Assembly: GCA_041751215.1 (NCBI GenBank)
Contig: JBGSXW010000002.1
Coordinates: 286,591-350,590, forward strand
Direction of reading: 5' to 3'
Length of the DNA: 64,000 bases
Origin: Candidatus Saccharimonadales bacterium
GTDB lineage: Bacteria > Patescibacteriota > Saccharimonadia > Saccharimonadales > JBGSXW01
Both the position numbers and the translations under genes were made by a program. Each line of letters opens with the position of its first letter. Position 1 is the stretch's first letter. The notes under the pieces were generated by a model. That model was not told the DNA's origin, ran no database searches, and was given only the letters and a program-made list of their open reading frames with translations. Below are positions 10,684-21,069 of this stretch, piece after piece.

Positions 10684-12570
10684 TTACTGAACTAGCGGCG
10701 GGCGGCGGCGAGTTGGAGGCTTTTTGCGCTCTTCTTCGACCTGTCTTCTCACCTTTTCGCGTAGCTCATCTACGCTCATTGTAGCATCTTTACTCTCGGG
10801 AGGAACGGGTGCAGTCTCTGGTGTCGAAGGTTGTTCGCTGACTACGCTGAAGGACTCTGAGTCGTGCTTTGGTCCGCGACGATTGCGAATCAACTTTACG
10901 ACTTTATATAAACCATACAATAACGCCACTCCGAGTAGCACGATCGGGACTAGGTACGACACCTTGGTTTCTGTGGTTGCTAACTCTTCGCTTAAACTTG
11001 CGTCCTCGAGATATCCGTAAGATACCGGATCTTTACTAAACGCATCGCCAGCTAAAGCCAATTGGCGAACATTGGCGGTCTGTAGGGGCGCGAGCGATCC
11101 GAGCGGATATAGCTTTTCGCCGATTTTGACCCCGGTGTCATCAACGATTATCCCGGCCGGCATCTCGACACTAACACTGAATAACGCAATTCCGGGCAGA
11201 ATCATGTGTTTGGTCGATGTGAGAATTGGTGCCGGCGCTGCATCTTCTGGAAATTCCTGTTCAACATAAGTAATGGTTGTATCGGCTAGTTGTTCGGGAG
11301 GAAAATCATCCTCAAGACCGCGCAACACCAACCCTACTAGGCGAACATCGGTTTGGCCAAAACCGGAACTTATGACCTCGGAAGCTGGGTCTAGAGTAAT
11401 CCAGCCAACGCCCGGCAAGTACACTTCTGTCCAAGCCCAATCGGCTGACTGACCGTTATTTATAAGCTTGCCTAGCACCACTCTGGCCGGAATTTGGTTG
11501 GCTCGCAGCTCACCAACCATCATGTCGGCACTGGCCCGAGCGTCCTCGTAATTGATTTCGTGGGGAGCTTTGTTGATTTTGCCAGCCACCTGATCATGAA
11601 TGGCCGCAATAGCCTTTTCTAAATCGGCGCCGACTTCAACCTGTATATCTGTGTCCTGCCAGGCCGCTGTTTGGTTTAGATAACGATCTTTTATTTCTTG
11701 TGGTGCGTCGTCTAGTGAAGTAGCGAGGCCAAGATCATAATCGAGATTATCGACACTAATGCGAGCTTTGGCGGTAACTTCTAGAGTTTGCTTGGGCATT
11801 AGCCGGTATTTAGCCAAGACATTACCGTCATTATCTAGCGAAACGCTCGTAGGTTTAGGGCTGATACTCTCGATCCAAACTCGCTGTTGATTAGTATCAG
11901 GCGGCAATGTAACGGTTTTGGTTTGCCACCACCAACTATCATTCTTGAGCTCGGTTACGATCATGACTTCGGCCACACCACTATTGCCGATCACCAGCCC
12001 GACCGTATCAGTAAATGCTCCTTGGTTGTTGCGCCAAGTTACCACCTGTCGACCGGTCGTCAACAGTCGCTTGGTTGGTTCGGGTCCACGGATAGCTACT
12101 GGTCCGCCCTCAAGCTCCGCTGCCATCGTTAGTGAGTGCGAGGCTATATCTAAGGCGTTAAATGTTAGTGAAGGCACCTGCTGAACAGTGGTTAGCCCAA
12201 AGTCATATGTTATGTCTGTGGTGTAGCTAACCATCAGCGACCAACGCTGGCTCTGGCTAGCTGGTATTCTGACTCGAACATCGTCGCCGTCATTAATAAT
12301 TTCTGAGTCAACGCTCTGTTTGTCTTGATACTGCGCCACAACATCCTTTGCGCCGTCACCGATCAAAGGCAGCACCATCTCAGTGGGGCCAGGGCCTCCG
12401 CTGTTGGTAGCTTCGATAATATAACGCGCCTGGGTGCTTCCAGATTCGTCGGTTTCAAAAGTAGTTTTTAAGTCGTATTTCGTACCAGCAGCCAGTGCGT
12501 TATCCGACTGCACAATGACGCCCAGGCCAAGAGACACAGCTAGCAGAAGCAAGGAGAAGAGCTTTTTCAT
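10684..12570 (-). CDS. Secreted/membrane-anchored transglutaminase-like protein
   Basis: N-terminal signal peptide, the TGase-core-like segment QIPARVVLG...WAWTEVYLPGVGWITLDPA, and a C-terminal TM helix plus basic tail. Confidence 0.75.
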   Translation of the reverse strand: MKKLFSLLLLAVSLGLGVIVQSDNALAAGTKYDLKTTFETDESGSTQARYIIEATNSGGPGPTEMVLPLIGDGAKDVVAQYQDKQSVDSEIINDGDDVRVRIPASQSQRWSLMVSYTTDITYDFGLTTVQQVPSLTFNALDIASHSLTMAAELEGGPVAIRGPEPTKRLLTTGRQVVTWRNNQGAFTDTVGLVIGNSGVAEVMIVTELKNDSWWWQTKTVTLPPDTNQQRVWIESISPKPTSVSLDNDGNVLAKYRLMPKQTLEVTAKARISVDNLDYDLGLATSLDDAPQEIKDRYLNQTAAWQDTDIQVEVGADLEKAIAAIHDQVAGKINKAPHEINYEDARASADMMVGELRANQIPARVVLGKLINNGQSADWAWTEVYLPGVGWITLDPASEVISSGFGQTDVRLVGLVLRGLEDDFPPEQLADTTITYVEQEFPEDAAPAPILTSTKHMILPGIALFSVSVEMPAGIIVDDTGVKIGEKLYPLGSLAPLQTANVRQLALAGDAFSKDPVSYGYLEDASLSEELATTETKVSYLVPIVLLGVALLYGLYKVVKLIRNRRGPKHDSESFSVVSEQPSTPETAPVPPESKDATMSVDELREKVRRQVEEERKKPPTRRRPPLVQ

Positions 12571-12603
12571 ATAGACCTTATGCTAACAGATACATGCCGT
12601 GCT

Positions 12604-13332
12604 TTACAACGAAATCACCGCTAACTGACGTCCGGTTGTGCCGTTGTCTCTCCGGTAAGAAAAGAAGTGACTATCCCTAAAAGTATCGATTTCAACATTT
12701 TCGATGTTCATAACTCCAGCTTCTTTGAGCTGTTCTTCGGCAACTTTCCACATGTCTAAGTAGGCATTTGTGCCTCGACGGTTAGAAACTCCAGTGGGAA
12801 AAGCATCCGCTACTTCTAGGCCAACCTCGTAGCTTTTTGGACCAATAGCCGGGCCGATGGCAGCTGCGATGTGCGATGGGTCAACACCGTAAGTCGACTC
12901 CATAAGAGAAATGGTGTTTCCGATTACCCCAGCTTTTAGTCCCCGCCAACCCGCGTGAACAACCGCCACGGCTTTGGGATTGCTTGACTCAAGAAATATC
13001 GGCAAGCAGTCTGCAATCGAGAGTCCAATTGGCAGATCTGGCTCGTTAGTAATAATTGCGTCGTAACCAGTTAGTTCAGTGCCGGCGTCCTTGGCAGAGG
13101 CAACAAATACTTTGTCACCGTGGGCGAGCTTGCCTGCAAATATCAGTTTCTTAGGATCTCCACCAATTCTGGTGATGGCCTTGCTGCGATTAGCGGTTAC
13201 GTGTTCGGACTTGTCGCCTACGTTATAACTGACGTTAAGTGAATCAAAAGGCTCTTGGCTAACTCCGCCAAGCCTAGTAAACCAGCCGTGCTTAGCGTCG
13301 ATGGATTTTGCATTTAAGACTGGGACTTCCAT
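12604..13332 (-). CDS. pgeF: YfiH/PgeF-family (DUF152) purine nucleoside phosphorylase / peptidoglycan editing factor
   Basis: Motifs HGWFTR, ADCLPIFL and VHAGWRG. Confidence 0.85.
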   Translation of the reverse strand: MEVPVLNAKSIDAKHGWFTRLGGVSQEPFDSLNVSYNVGDKSEHVTANRSKAITRIGGDPKKLIFAGKLAHGDKVFVASAKDAGTELTGYDAIITNEPDLPIGLSIADCLPIFLESSNPKAVAVVHAGWRGLKAGVIGNTISLMESTYGVDPSHIAAAIGPAIGPKSYEVGLEVADAFPTGVSNRRGTNAYLDMWKVAEEQLKEAGVMNIENVEIDTFRDSHFFSYRRDNGTTGRQLAVISL

Positions 13333-14114
13333 TACAGGTTCTCCTCCAGTTGATTATACAGCGCTTCCCAATTTGATAGGCTCAGCTCTTGGGCTCTGGC
13401 GGTGTCGCTAATGTTGGCAGCCGAAAGCGCAGCATCGACATCGGCTTTGTCTAGTGCAAGTCCACCAGCCAGGGAGCTTCGAAGTTTCTTTCGACGCTCA
13501 CCAAACCCAGCCTTAACTAACCGAAAAAATTTGGGCTCATTAACAGCTAAAATCGGTTGCTCAAACCGAGTAATCCTAACGATTTGTGAATCAACCTGAG
13601 GCGGCGGAGTAAACAAGCTTCTATCAATGATGTCTAGAGCTTCGGCCTTAGCGTAAAACTGCACACTAACAGATAGTATAGACATCGAACCAGCCTCGGC
13701 TGTAATGCGCTCGGCCACCTCTTTTTGAACCAACAACACCGCTACTGCTGGCGGGTTAGAGCTGGTCATCAGCTGGCGCACCAGTTTGCCAGTTAAATAA
13801 TAAGGAATGTTTGCTACGACTTTGTATCCAGCCGGCAATTTCGTTAAATCAAAGTCTAGAATACTGGCGTGTTCAAGTTCAACATTAGTGTCAATAAATC
13901 GCTGTTTTAACCTAGCTATTAAGTCATCGTCAAGCTCCACCGCCACAACTTTTTTAGCACTACTGGCTAAATAATCAGTCAACGAACCAAGACCCGGACC
14001 AACCTCTAAAACAGTGTCCGAGCTTGATAGGTCGGCAGCGGCTGCAATAGCTTCTAGGCTGGCCGTATCGTTGAGCCAGTGCTGGCCGAGACGCTTTTTA
14101 GGTTCCGACATCAA
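13332..14114 (-). CDS. rsmA: 16S rRNA (adenine1518/1519-N6)-dimethyltransferase
   Basis: N-terminus KKRLGQHWL, SAM site VLEVGPGLGSLT, and NIPYY. Confidence 0.9.
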   Translation of the reverse strand: MMSEPKKRLGQHWLNDTASLEAIAAAADLSSSDTVLEVGPGLGSLTDYLASSAKKVVAVELDDDLIARLKQRFIDTNVELEHASILDFDLTKLPAGYKVVANIPYYLTGKLVRQLMTSSNPPAVAVLLVQKEVAERITAEAGSMSILSVSVQFYAKAEALDIIDRSLFTPPPQVDSQIVRITRFEQPILAVNEPKFFRLVKAGFGERRKKLRSSLAGGLALDKADVDAALSAANISDTARAQELSLSNWEALYNQLEENL

Positions 14115-14120
14115 TTAGCT

Positions 14121-15260
14121 TTAGAGTAGCCCTAAGTTGGCCGAACAGGCTGGCCATTGGCCCCAGCCACTGCCGCGTTGTAAGTTTTGTGCAGCAATAT
14201 CTTGAATCGGAGCTGGAGCCAGATCTGGGCGAACCCCGACGTAGTCAGGAGGAGCCACGGCATCCCAAGTGCTCGGTAAAAATTGGTAGGCGCCGTAATA
14301 GCCGTTACCAGAGTTGCGAGTGTAGTCTCCGCCAGCTTCACAGGCCCTGAGCTGCGCCCATACACCAGTGGCAACATCAGAAGAATCAACTTGTGTGCCA
14401 ACTCGCACAATTTGCTTTACCGGCTGTTGCAACACTACTCTTTGGAGACTGTACTTTTTAGGAGGATTGGTTGTGCTATCGATTTGATAAAGAACCACTC
14501 GCCTTCCAGGCTGACCAACTTGCTCGATAACCTGCTTGCCCAAAGGCATATTAGAATCTCGAATCGTTTCGACCGGAGCCGGAATAAGTTCGGTTCTCGA
14601 AACTACACTCACCCCTGCTCGGTTAACGGCTAGCACCATTCCCTCATCGATTGGTGCAGCTTGACCTGGCTGAACCTGATCCTGGCCATTCAAATTTATG
14701 GCCTGATCAGCTAAAAATTCCCCAACCGTGCTAGCTGCGGTTCTTAGCTTTATAACTTCGCCGTAGAGCACAAAAGTGACCGGAACCGATCGCTTAATCG
14801 TAACTTTCTGTCCAAGCGTACCGGCCTCGAGAATATCTTGGTCGATACGTTCAACCACAAAGCGGTCTTCGTCGTATACTTCTACCCCCGCCGACTTAGC
14901 AATCAGCCTTGGGCTATCGTGAGGACTCATTACGTTATAGGTCTGTGCGCCGTCCACCACTGTAACTGGCCGGGCGCGGTAAATGTTGATGTTAAAAACG
15001 TTGGTCTCAATTTTAGTATCAAGCGATGGCTCAATAGCATCATAATTACTTACCCTGACCTGAGCTCGGTCTAAGACTTCTTTGACCGTTGTGAGCTCGG
15101 TACTGACTGTAATTTCTTGTCCGTCTGCGTGGATTACTACCACCCTGTTATCGGTGTTTTGGGGCTCTTCTGAACTGGCACCAACAGCAACGCCGATCGC
15201 TGTTAAAGCGCCGACCATTCCCCAAACTAACATTAGTCTAAGCTTAGCTAATCTTGACAT
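14121..15260 (-). CDS. Rpf-like muralytic protein (TM + DUF348/G5-like + transglycosylase-like domain)
   Basis: C-terminus WAQLRACEAGGDY...GYYGAYQFLPSTW...WPAC matches the resuscitation-promoting-factor domain pattern. Confidence 0.8.
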   Translation of the reverse strand: MSRLAKLRLMLVWGMVGALTAIGVAVGASSEEPQNTDNRVVVIHADGQEITVSTELTTVKEVLDRAQVRVSNYDAIEPSLDTKIETNVFNINIYRARPVTVVDGAQTYNVMSPHDSPRLIAKSAGVEVYDEDRFVVERIDQDILEAGTLGQKVTIKRSVPVTFVLYGEVIKLRTAASTVGEFLADQAINLNGQDQVQPGQAAPIDEGMVLAVNRAGVSVVSRTELIPAPVETIRDSNMPLGKQVIEQVGQPGRRVVLYQIDSTTNPPKKYSLQRVVLQQPVKQIVRVGTQVDSSDVATGVWAQLRACEAGGDYTRNSGNGYYGAYQFLPSTWDAVAPPDYVGVRPDLAPAPIQDIAAQNLQRGSGWGQWPACSANLGLL

Positions 15261-15377
15261 CTAGCGACTACAACTACCCCTCAATTACGTATTCGTCTCT
15301 CGTTTGCTTTGTCTAAATTATCGTCTCTTACAAACGTGCTTATTGTAGCATGCTTAAAGCATTTTTCTTGAGCTAGC

Positions 15378-15824
15378 TCAGGTTTTTTTTGATTTCTCAT
15401 AAATCGTAATCGCTCGCTGGGTCAGTGGGCCAATTTGCGGAGGTAAAGCACTCAAACTAAACCACTGGGCCGATCTAAGTTCGAGCCAGTGCTTTGTAAA
15501 CGATTTGCTAGGTAGTTCTGCCACAAAGAACTCAGCCGCATAAGTGTACCCGTCTTTCTCAACCGCCTGCTTAAACAGCGGTTTGAGCTTAGAAGCCGAT
15601 ACTGTTATGCCTAGCTCCTCCGCTATTTCTCGAGCGGCAGCTTCTTTTGCGTCTTCGCTTTTCTTGATGCCTCCGCCTGGCATATTCCAGACCCTCTGCT
15701 TATCAAGCCGAGGTTCAACTAGCAAAACTTCGTCCTTATGAACCAGCAAAATACGCGAGCGCCGAGTATTATTGAGCGCAAACCTTACAAATGGCTTTAT
15801 CAGGTAGTGAACTGTCCGGTTCAT
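15378..15824 (-). CDS. NUDIX hydrolase
   Basis: Nudix box GGGIKKSEDAKEAAAREIAEELG. Confidence 0.8.
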   Translation of the reverse strand: MNRTVHYLIKPFVRFALNNTRRSRILLVHKDEVLLVEPRLDKQRVWNMPGGGIKKSEDAKEAAAREIAEELGITVSASKLKPLFKQAVEKDGYTYAAEFFVAELPSKSFTKHWLELRSAQWFSLSALPPQIGPLTQRAITIYEKSKKT

Positions 15825-15825
15825 C

Positions 15826-17958
15826 TTAACTTGATCCGAGTTTTTCTAGTGGCGCAAAGGCAGTGTTGAGTTTTTTCTCACCGCGCGAGGCAAACTTAAT
15901 CGTCGCCACTTCACCTTCAAGTGCAACAATAGTGCCGGTTCCGAATATTTTATGTCCGACCCTCTCTCCTACCGCGAAGTCAACACTCGGCCGCGTTGGT
16001 TGTGAAAAACCAGTGCTAAAACTTGGCGTATAGCTCGGAACTTGCGAACCAACCACTAGGTCGCCAAGTTCGGCAATAAAGCGCGAGGGCGGATTGTGTT
16101 GCACGCTACCAAACACTAGACGGCGCGAAGCATGCATTAGATACAGTTCCTCACGAGCCCTAGTCATGCCGACGTAACAAAGTCGCCGCTCTTCCTCTAG
16201 TTCTTGCTGATCAAATAAGGCCCGTGAATGAGGAAATAGAGATTCTTCCAGCCCTACCATGAACACAACCGAGAACTCCAAGCCCTTAGCTGCATGAAGT
16301 GTCATTAGTGTCACCGAGTTGGAGTTGTTATCGTAACCATCAAGATCAGAAACTAAGGCAACCTCTTCTAAGAAAGTTGCCAGATCGAGCTGCTCAAAAC
16401 CTTTTGCAACCGAGACTAGCTCCTTGACGTTTTCGAACCGCTCTTCACCGCCGATGGTGCTGTCTTTGAGGTGTTGCTCAAATCCGGTTCGGGCAATCAC
16501 GGCCTCAATTAGTTCGGCTACGCTGGCTTCCTTAGCGTAATCCCGAAGTCGCTCTGTCATTTCGCCGAAGCTATGAAGTGCTTTTTTAGCCCTCGGCGTC
16601 AAATTATTGATCGACTCAACTCGTTCTAGGGCCGCACTGACCGATAGGTTATTTATGCGCGCCCACTCAGTAAAATTGGCAATCGATTTAGAGCCAAGCC
16701 CCCGACCGGGCGTGTTTACAATCCGCGCAAAACTCGTGGCATCGCTCGGCTGATAAATAAAGCGTAAGTAGGCTACCAGGTCTTTAATCTCGGCGCGCTC
16801 ATAAAACCGAACGCCACCAATGATTCGATAAGGCACACTGTAGCGCACAAAGGCTTCCTCGAGACTACGAGATTGAGCGTTGGTTCGGTAAAGAACTGCA
16901 AAATCTGACCACTTTCGTTTTCCTGGAACAGCCTCTTTAATTCGCCTAACGACGGCTTCGGCTTCGGCCACCTCGTCAATAACTTGCTCTAGCTCAACCG
17001 GAGCGCCTTCGGATCGCTCGGTCCACAGCTTTTTGTCAGTTCGTTGTTGGTTTTTATTGATGATGGTCTGAGCAGCCTCAAGGATCGGTTTAGTAGAGCG
17101 ATAGTTACGCTCTAACTTAACGACTTTGGCGCCCGGGTAGTCCTTTTCAAAATTTAGAATGTTACGAAAATCCGCCCCGCGCCATGAATAGATTGACTGC
17201 CAGTCATCACCAACCACACAAATATTGCGATTGGTGCTAGTTAGCAGCTTGATCAGCTTGTACTGCGCGGTGTTGGTGTCTTGATACTCATCGATCATTA
17301 CGAATTTAAACTGGCGACGCCACCGCTCTCGCACTTCCTCATTCTTGGCTAAAAGTCGAACTGTTTTCCCGATAAGATCGTCAAAATCGAGCGCTTTGGC
17401 TTCTTTAAGAACCTTCTCGTATTCTGGCCAGACCTGGGCAGCAGTGCGCTGAACTGGAGTTTTAGCTAAACCTTGGTAGGTACTGTGAGTCATGAGCTCA
17501 TTTTTTGCGCTCGATATGATGTAGGAGATGGTTTTAGGAGTAGTTTCTTTAGTATCTACTCGTAGACGCTTCATCGCCTCCCTAACCGCACCGGTACGAT
17601 CTTGCTCATCGAAGATTACAAAGTCTCTTGGTATGCCGATGTGCTCGCCAGATTGTCTAAGCAACCGCACGCAAATACCATGAAAAGTTCCCATCCACGG
17701 CATAAACGAACGGTCATGTGCTTGACGACCCAATAACTTCGCTACACGCTCGCGCATTTCACCAGCCGCCTTGTTGGTAAAGGTTACCGCTAGTATTTCT
17801 TCAGGTTGAACACCGTGCTGACTAATTAGATTCGCAATTCTATAAGTTAGGGTTTTGGTTTTTCCGCTCCCGGCTCCGGCCAATATCAGCAGAGGGCCCT
17901 CAACAGTTTCGGCTGCAATGCGCTGCTCCGAATTTAAATCGTCTAAAATACTCGCCAT
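15826..17958 (-). CDS. pcrA: ATP-dependent DNA helicase PcrA/UvrD
   Basis: 710 aa with AGAGSGKT, DEYQDTN and the remaining superfamily-1 helicase motifs. Confidence 0.95.
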   Translation of the reverse strand: MASILDDLNSEQRIAAETVEGPLLILAGAGSGKTKTLTYRIANLISQHGVQPEEILAVTFTNKAAGEMRERVAKLLGRQAHDRSFMPWMGTFHGICVRLLRQSGEHIGIPRDFVIFDEQDRTGAVREAMKRLRVDTKETTPKTISYIISSAKNELMTHSTYQGLAKTPVQRTAAQVWPEYEKVLKEAKALDFDDLIGKTVRLLAKNEEVRERWRRQFKFVMIDEYQDTNTAQYKLIKLLTSTNRNICVVGDDWQSIYSWRGADFRNILNFEKDYPGAKVVKLERNYRSTKPILEAAQTIINKNQQRTDKKLWTERSEGAPVELEQVIDEVAEAEAVVRRIKEAVPGKRKWSDFAVLYRTNAQSRSLEEAFVRYSVPYRIIGGVRFYERAEIKDLVAYLRFIYQPSDATSFARIVNTPGRGLGSKSIANFTEWARINNLSVSAALERVESINNLTPRAKKALHSFGEMTERLRDYAKEASVAELIEAVIARTGFEQHLKDSTIGGEERFENVKELVSVAKGFEQLDLATFLEEVALVSDLDGYDNNSNSVTLMTLHAAKGLEFSVVFMVGLEESLFPHSRALFDQQELEEERRLCYVGMTRAREELYLMHASRRLVFGSVQHNPPSRFIAELGDLVVGSQVPSYTPSFSTGFSQPTRPSVDFAVGERVGHKIFGTGTIVALEGEVATIKFASRGEKKLNTAFAPLEKLGSS

Positions 17959-18040
17959 TAGTATTACCAGTTTAACAGGCGCTGCTAAGCTTTTTGCTAA
18001 TTCTCATCAATTACTAAAGGCTCATAAGATTAAGTCAGAT

Positions 18041-19042
18041 CTAAATCAGATCAAAGGGCAGATTAAACCCGGGGTCAAGCAATTCTGCGTCAATAGCAAC
18101 GACCGCTAGAACTGCTCCTAAGATAATGAGTATTAAAGCCGTAACGGCCGGGCTCATAGCTTTTTGTCGGTGGTGCCCAGCCTTGATTGGCAAGTGATAC
18201 TGCTTGGTGTCGTAAATTTTAGTTTGCTCGACGGCTTCCGCTTTAGATTTGGCTGCTGCATCAGTTGCCACTTTTGTCTTAAGGTCTCCGGTGACGGCAT
18301 CGAGTTTTCGTGAGGTCTCGTTTGAATCAGCAGGCTTGGCTTCTGCCTCTTTTGCGGAGTCAGTTTCTTGGGCTTCAGTTGACGAGTCCGCAGTTGCGGC
18401 GGCTGGAGCAGGCTCTTTATCTTCTTTTTTATCGTCCTCTGGTTGAACCGAAGCCTCAACCTCTGGTTTTTTATTAACCGTAACAGTTACTGCTTCTTCG
18501 TCCTTGACTTCATTGTCTGAAGGCGGATCGCTAGGCTCTGGCTCCGAAGCTTCGGCTGCTTTTGATTGTTCTTCGGTCTGCGGTTTAACTCCGCTGTTTA
18601 TCGGTTCGATGGTTTTAGCGCTGCGTTTAACCATTATGGTTTCGCCCTTGTCTTCTTCTGCGTCCTCAGACTTTACTTCTGGCGCCGAAAGATTCGGTCG
18701 CTGCTTGATGGTTGGAGATTTATCTTCGCTAGCTGTTTTATTAACTTTGACCGTTACCGACTCGGATTCGTCGCTAGTTTCGTTATCTGTTGTCGTTTTG
18801 GCGCTTTTGGGCGGTTTTGGGGCATCGGCTTTAACATCTTTTTTAGAAGATTTCGGTTTAGCAGGGGCGTTTTCTGTGGCGTCAACATCGGCTTTGGCGT
18901 CTCGTTCGGTTTTTTGTCGTTTGAGCGTAGCTTGAATCTGGGCCTCGATTTCCGCCTCTAGATCAGCTGTGCCCATAGATTCATCGGCTTCGATTACAAT
19001 CGGATCGCTTTTGCTGTTTTCTTCTGTGTCATCTTTAGCCAT
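18041..19042 (-). CDS. Low-complexity acidic/lysine-rich protein with C-terminal TM anchor
   Basis: 333 aa rich in K/E/D/S/T/A, with a terminal helix AVTALILIILGAVLAVVAI. The start overlaps the tpiA end. Confidence 0.55.
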   Translation of the reverse strand: MAKDDTEENSKSDPIVIEADESMGTADLEAEIEAQIQATLKRQKTERDAKADVDATENAPAKPKSSKKDVKADAPKPPKSAKTTTDNETSDESESVTVKVNKTASEDKSPTIKQRPNLSAPEVKSEDAEEDKGETIMVKRSAKTIEPINSGVKPQTEEQSKAAEASEPEPSDPPSDNEVKDEEAVTVTVNKKPEVEASVQPEDDKKEDKEPAPAAATADSSTEAQETDSAKEAEAKPADSNETSRKLDAVTGDLKTKVATDAAAKSKAEAVEQTKIYDTKQYHLPIKAGHHRQKAMSPAVTALILIILGAVLAVVAIDAELLDPGFNLPFDLI

Positions 19043-19835
19043 TACTATTCCCCCCTGTTAAACGATAGGCCGCTTCAACAATGGCCGAGAAGTGATGATA
19101 ATTTAAGCTTGCTCCGCCGACCAATAAGCCGTCGATGCCCTCAATATCAAGGTAGCTACGAGCTACTTCTGGATTGGTACTGCCGCCGTAAAGAATTCGA
19201 ACCTTAGCTGCCGCGCGCTCACCAAACATGTGAGTAAGGTTTCGTCTTATGACCGCTGCTGCCTCGGCAATTTGATCTGGCTTGGCAATAACGTGATCTT
19301 TGTAGTTGTGTCCGTCACTGAGAGCCCAAGTTGGCTCATACGCAATTACAATATCTTTGAGATCGCTTGCGACTACGCTACTAAGCCCGGCGTGCAGTTG
19401 ATCATGTAAAACTTGCTTAGTCTCTTTGGCTAAGCGCTCGCTTTTAGTCTCGCCGACACACAAAATTGGACTTAGATCATTGCGTAAACAGGCCGCGACT
19501 TTCTTTGCGATCTCTTTGTCAGTTTCATGAAAATTGTGTCGACGCTCAGAGTGACCAATCAGCACATAGTGAACGAGGTCTCGAAGCATGGTGGCCGAAA
19601 CTTCACCTGTAAATGCACCCTCGTCTTCGTAAAAAGCATTCTGTGCGCCAAGGCGGAACTTTCGACGATCTATCTGCATCGACAGGGGTTGCAGGGTGAG
19701 CATGCTTGGGAATAAAACAACTTCAACGTCTCGGTATATCTTGATTCGTTCCTGAAGTCGGTGCACTAGCATAGAGGCCTGAGATGTATTCAGGTGCATT
19801 TTCCAGTTACCAGCTATAAGTATTCGCCGCTTCAT
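19035..19835 (-). CDS. tpiA: Triosephosphate isomerase
   Basis: IAGNWKMH, GHSERR and the catalytic YEP context. Confidence 0.93.
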   Translation of the reverse strand: MKRRILIAGNWKMHLNTSQASMLVHRLQERIKIYRDVEVVLFPSMLTLQPLSMQIDRRKFRLGAQNAFYEDEGAFTGEVSATMLRDLVHYVLIGHSERRHNFHETDKEIAKKVAACLRNDLSPILCVGETKSERLAKETKQVLHDQLHAGLSSVVASDLKDIVIAYEPTWALSDGHNYKDHVIAKPDQIAEAAAVIRRNLTHMFGERAAAKVRILYGGSTNPEVARSYLDIEGIDGLLVGGASLNYHHFSAIVEAAYRLTGGNSNG

Positions 19836-19838
19836 TCT

Positions 19839-21062
19839 TTACCGCTTATGGTTTAAATGATAACCCTTTTGGGGCTGTTTATCCAGTAAGGCTTCTACAC
19901 CGGGTAAAGATTTACCGGACAAAAGCTCCAGCGCGGCACCGCCACCAGTTGAGACATGCATAAATTTAGGCACCAGTCCTAGCTCGTCGATAAACCCGGC
20001 CGTATCTCCGCCGCCAACAATGCTATCGTCGTGCTCGGAAGCCATTTGTTTGGCTACTTGCTCGCTTGACCAGCGAAATTCCGGTAACTCGAGCATGCCT
20101 AGCGGTCCATTCCAGATGACAGTTCCAGCCTCTTTGATGGCATGCAACACTGCTTTAAGCGACTCGGGGCCGTAATCTAAAATCATATCGTCGTGTCTAA
20201 TGTCTTTTAGCTGTATGTTTCGGCGCTTTTCGTCTTCGTCTACCTCATGCGCCACTCCCACGTCTTTGTCGGGCAGGATCAACCTAGTGCCTTTGTCCTG
20301 GCACTCTTTGACAATACGTTTAGCGTGCTTGAGCTCGTTTTTATCGAAAATACTCTTACCAATCTTGTGGTCCATGGCTGCCAAAATTGTGTTAGCCATT
20401 GCGCCCCCGACTGCGATGATGTCGGCAATATCAATGAATCTGTCGAGCAAATCAACCTTGGTCTCGAGCTTAACGCCGCCAACAATCGTTAGTAACGGCC
20501 GTCTTGGATGTTTGATGGCGCGGCTGAGAGTGCCAACTTCTTTTTCGAGCAACAATCCGGCAACGGCCGGAATATGCTTAGGGATTCCAGCTGTTGAGGC
20601 GTGCGCCCGGTGCACAACACCAAAGCCATCTTGTACAAAAACTTCGGCTAACGAGGCTAAGGCTTTGGCATATTTATCGCTGTTAGCCTCCTCCTCATGA
20701 TGAAAACGCAGGTTCTCGAGCATGGCAATCTGTCCGTGTTTGAGTGGCTTTAGGGCGCGGTGAATTCCGTCCATGGTTAGGGCGCCAACAAATTCGACAT
20801 CTGTTTTTAGCAGTTGGCTCAGGCTCTGTGCAATTGGCTTTAGGCTTAGGGATTTTTCGACTTTTCCATCGGGACGACCAGCGTGCGAAATGATAATAAT
20901 TCGACAGTTTTGATCTAGCAGACTGTTTATCGTTGGCAGAGATTGCTTGATGCGATAATCATCAACAACCTCGCCGTCTTCGAGCGGCACATTGTAGTCG
21001 GTGCGCAGTAGTACCGTTTTATCCTTAAGATCGATGTTTTTAATAGATTTCTTAGGAAACAT
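19839..21062 (-). CDS. pgk: Phosphoglycerate kinase
   Basis: 407 aa with RTDYNVPL, SHAGRP and GGGDTA. Confidence 0.95.
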   Translation of the reverse strand: MFPKKSIKNIDLKDKTVLLRTDYNVPLEDGEVVDDYRIKQSLPTINSLLDQNCRIIIISHAGRPDGKVEKSLSLKPIAQSLSQLLKTDVEFVGALTMDGIHRALKPLKHGQIAMLENLRFHHEEEANSDKYAKALASLAEVFVQDGFGVVHRAHASTAGIPKHIPAVAGLLLEKEVGTLSRAIKHPRRPLLTIVGGVKLETKVDLLDRFIDIADIIAVGGAMANTILAAMDHKIGKSIFDKNELKHAKRIVKECQDKGTRLILPDKDVGVAHEVDEDEKRRNIQLKDIRHDDMILDYGPESLKAVLHAIKEAGTVIWNGPLGMLELPEFRWSSEQVAKQMASEHDDSIVGGGDTAGFIDELGLVPKFMHVSTGGGAALELLSGKSLPGVEALLDKQPQKGYHLNHKR

Positions 21063-21069
21063 CTGTCAT

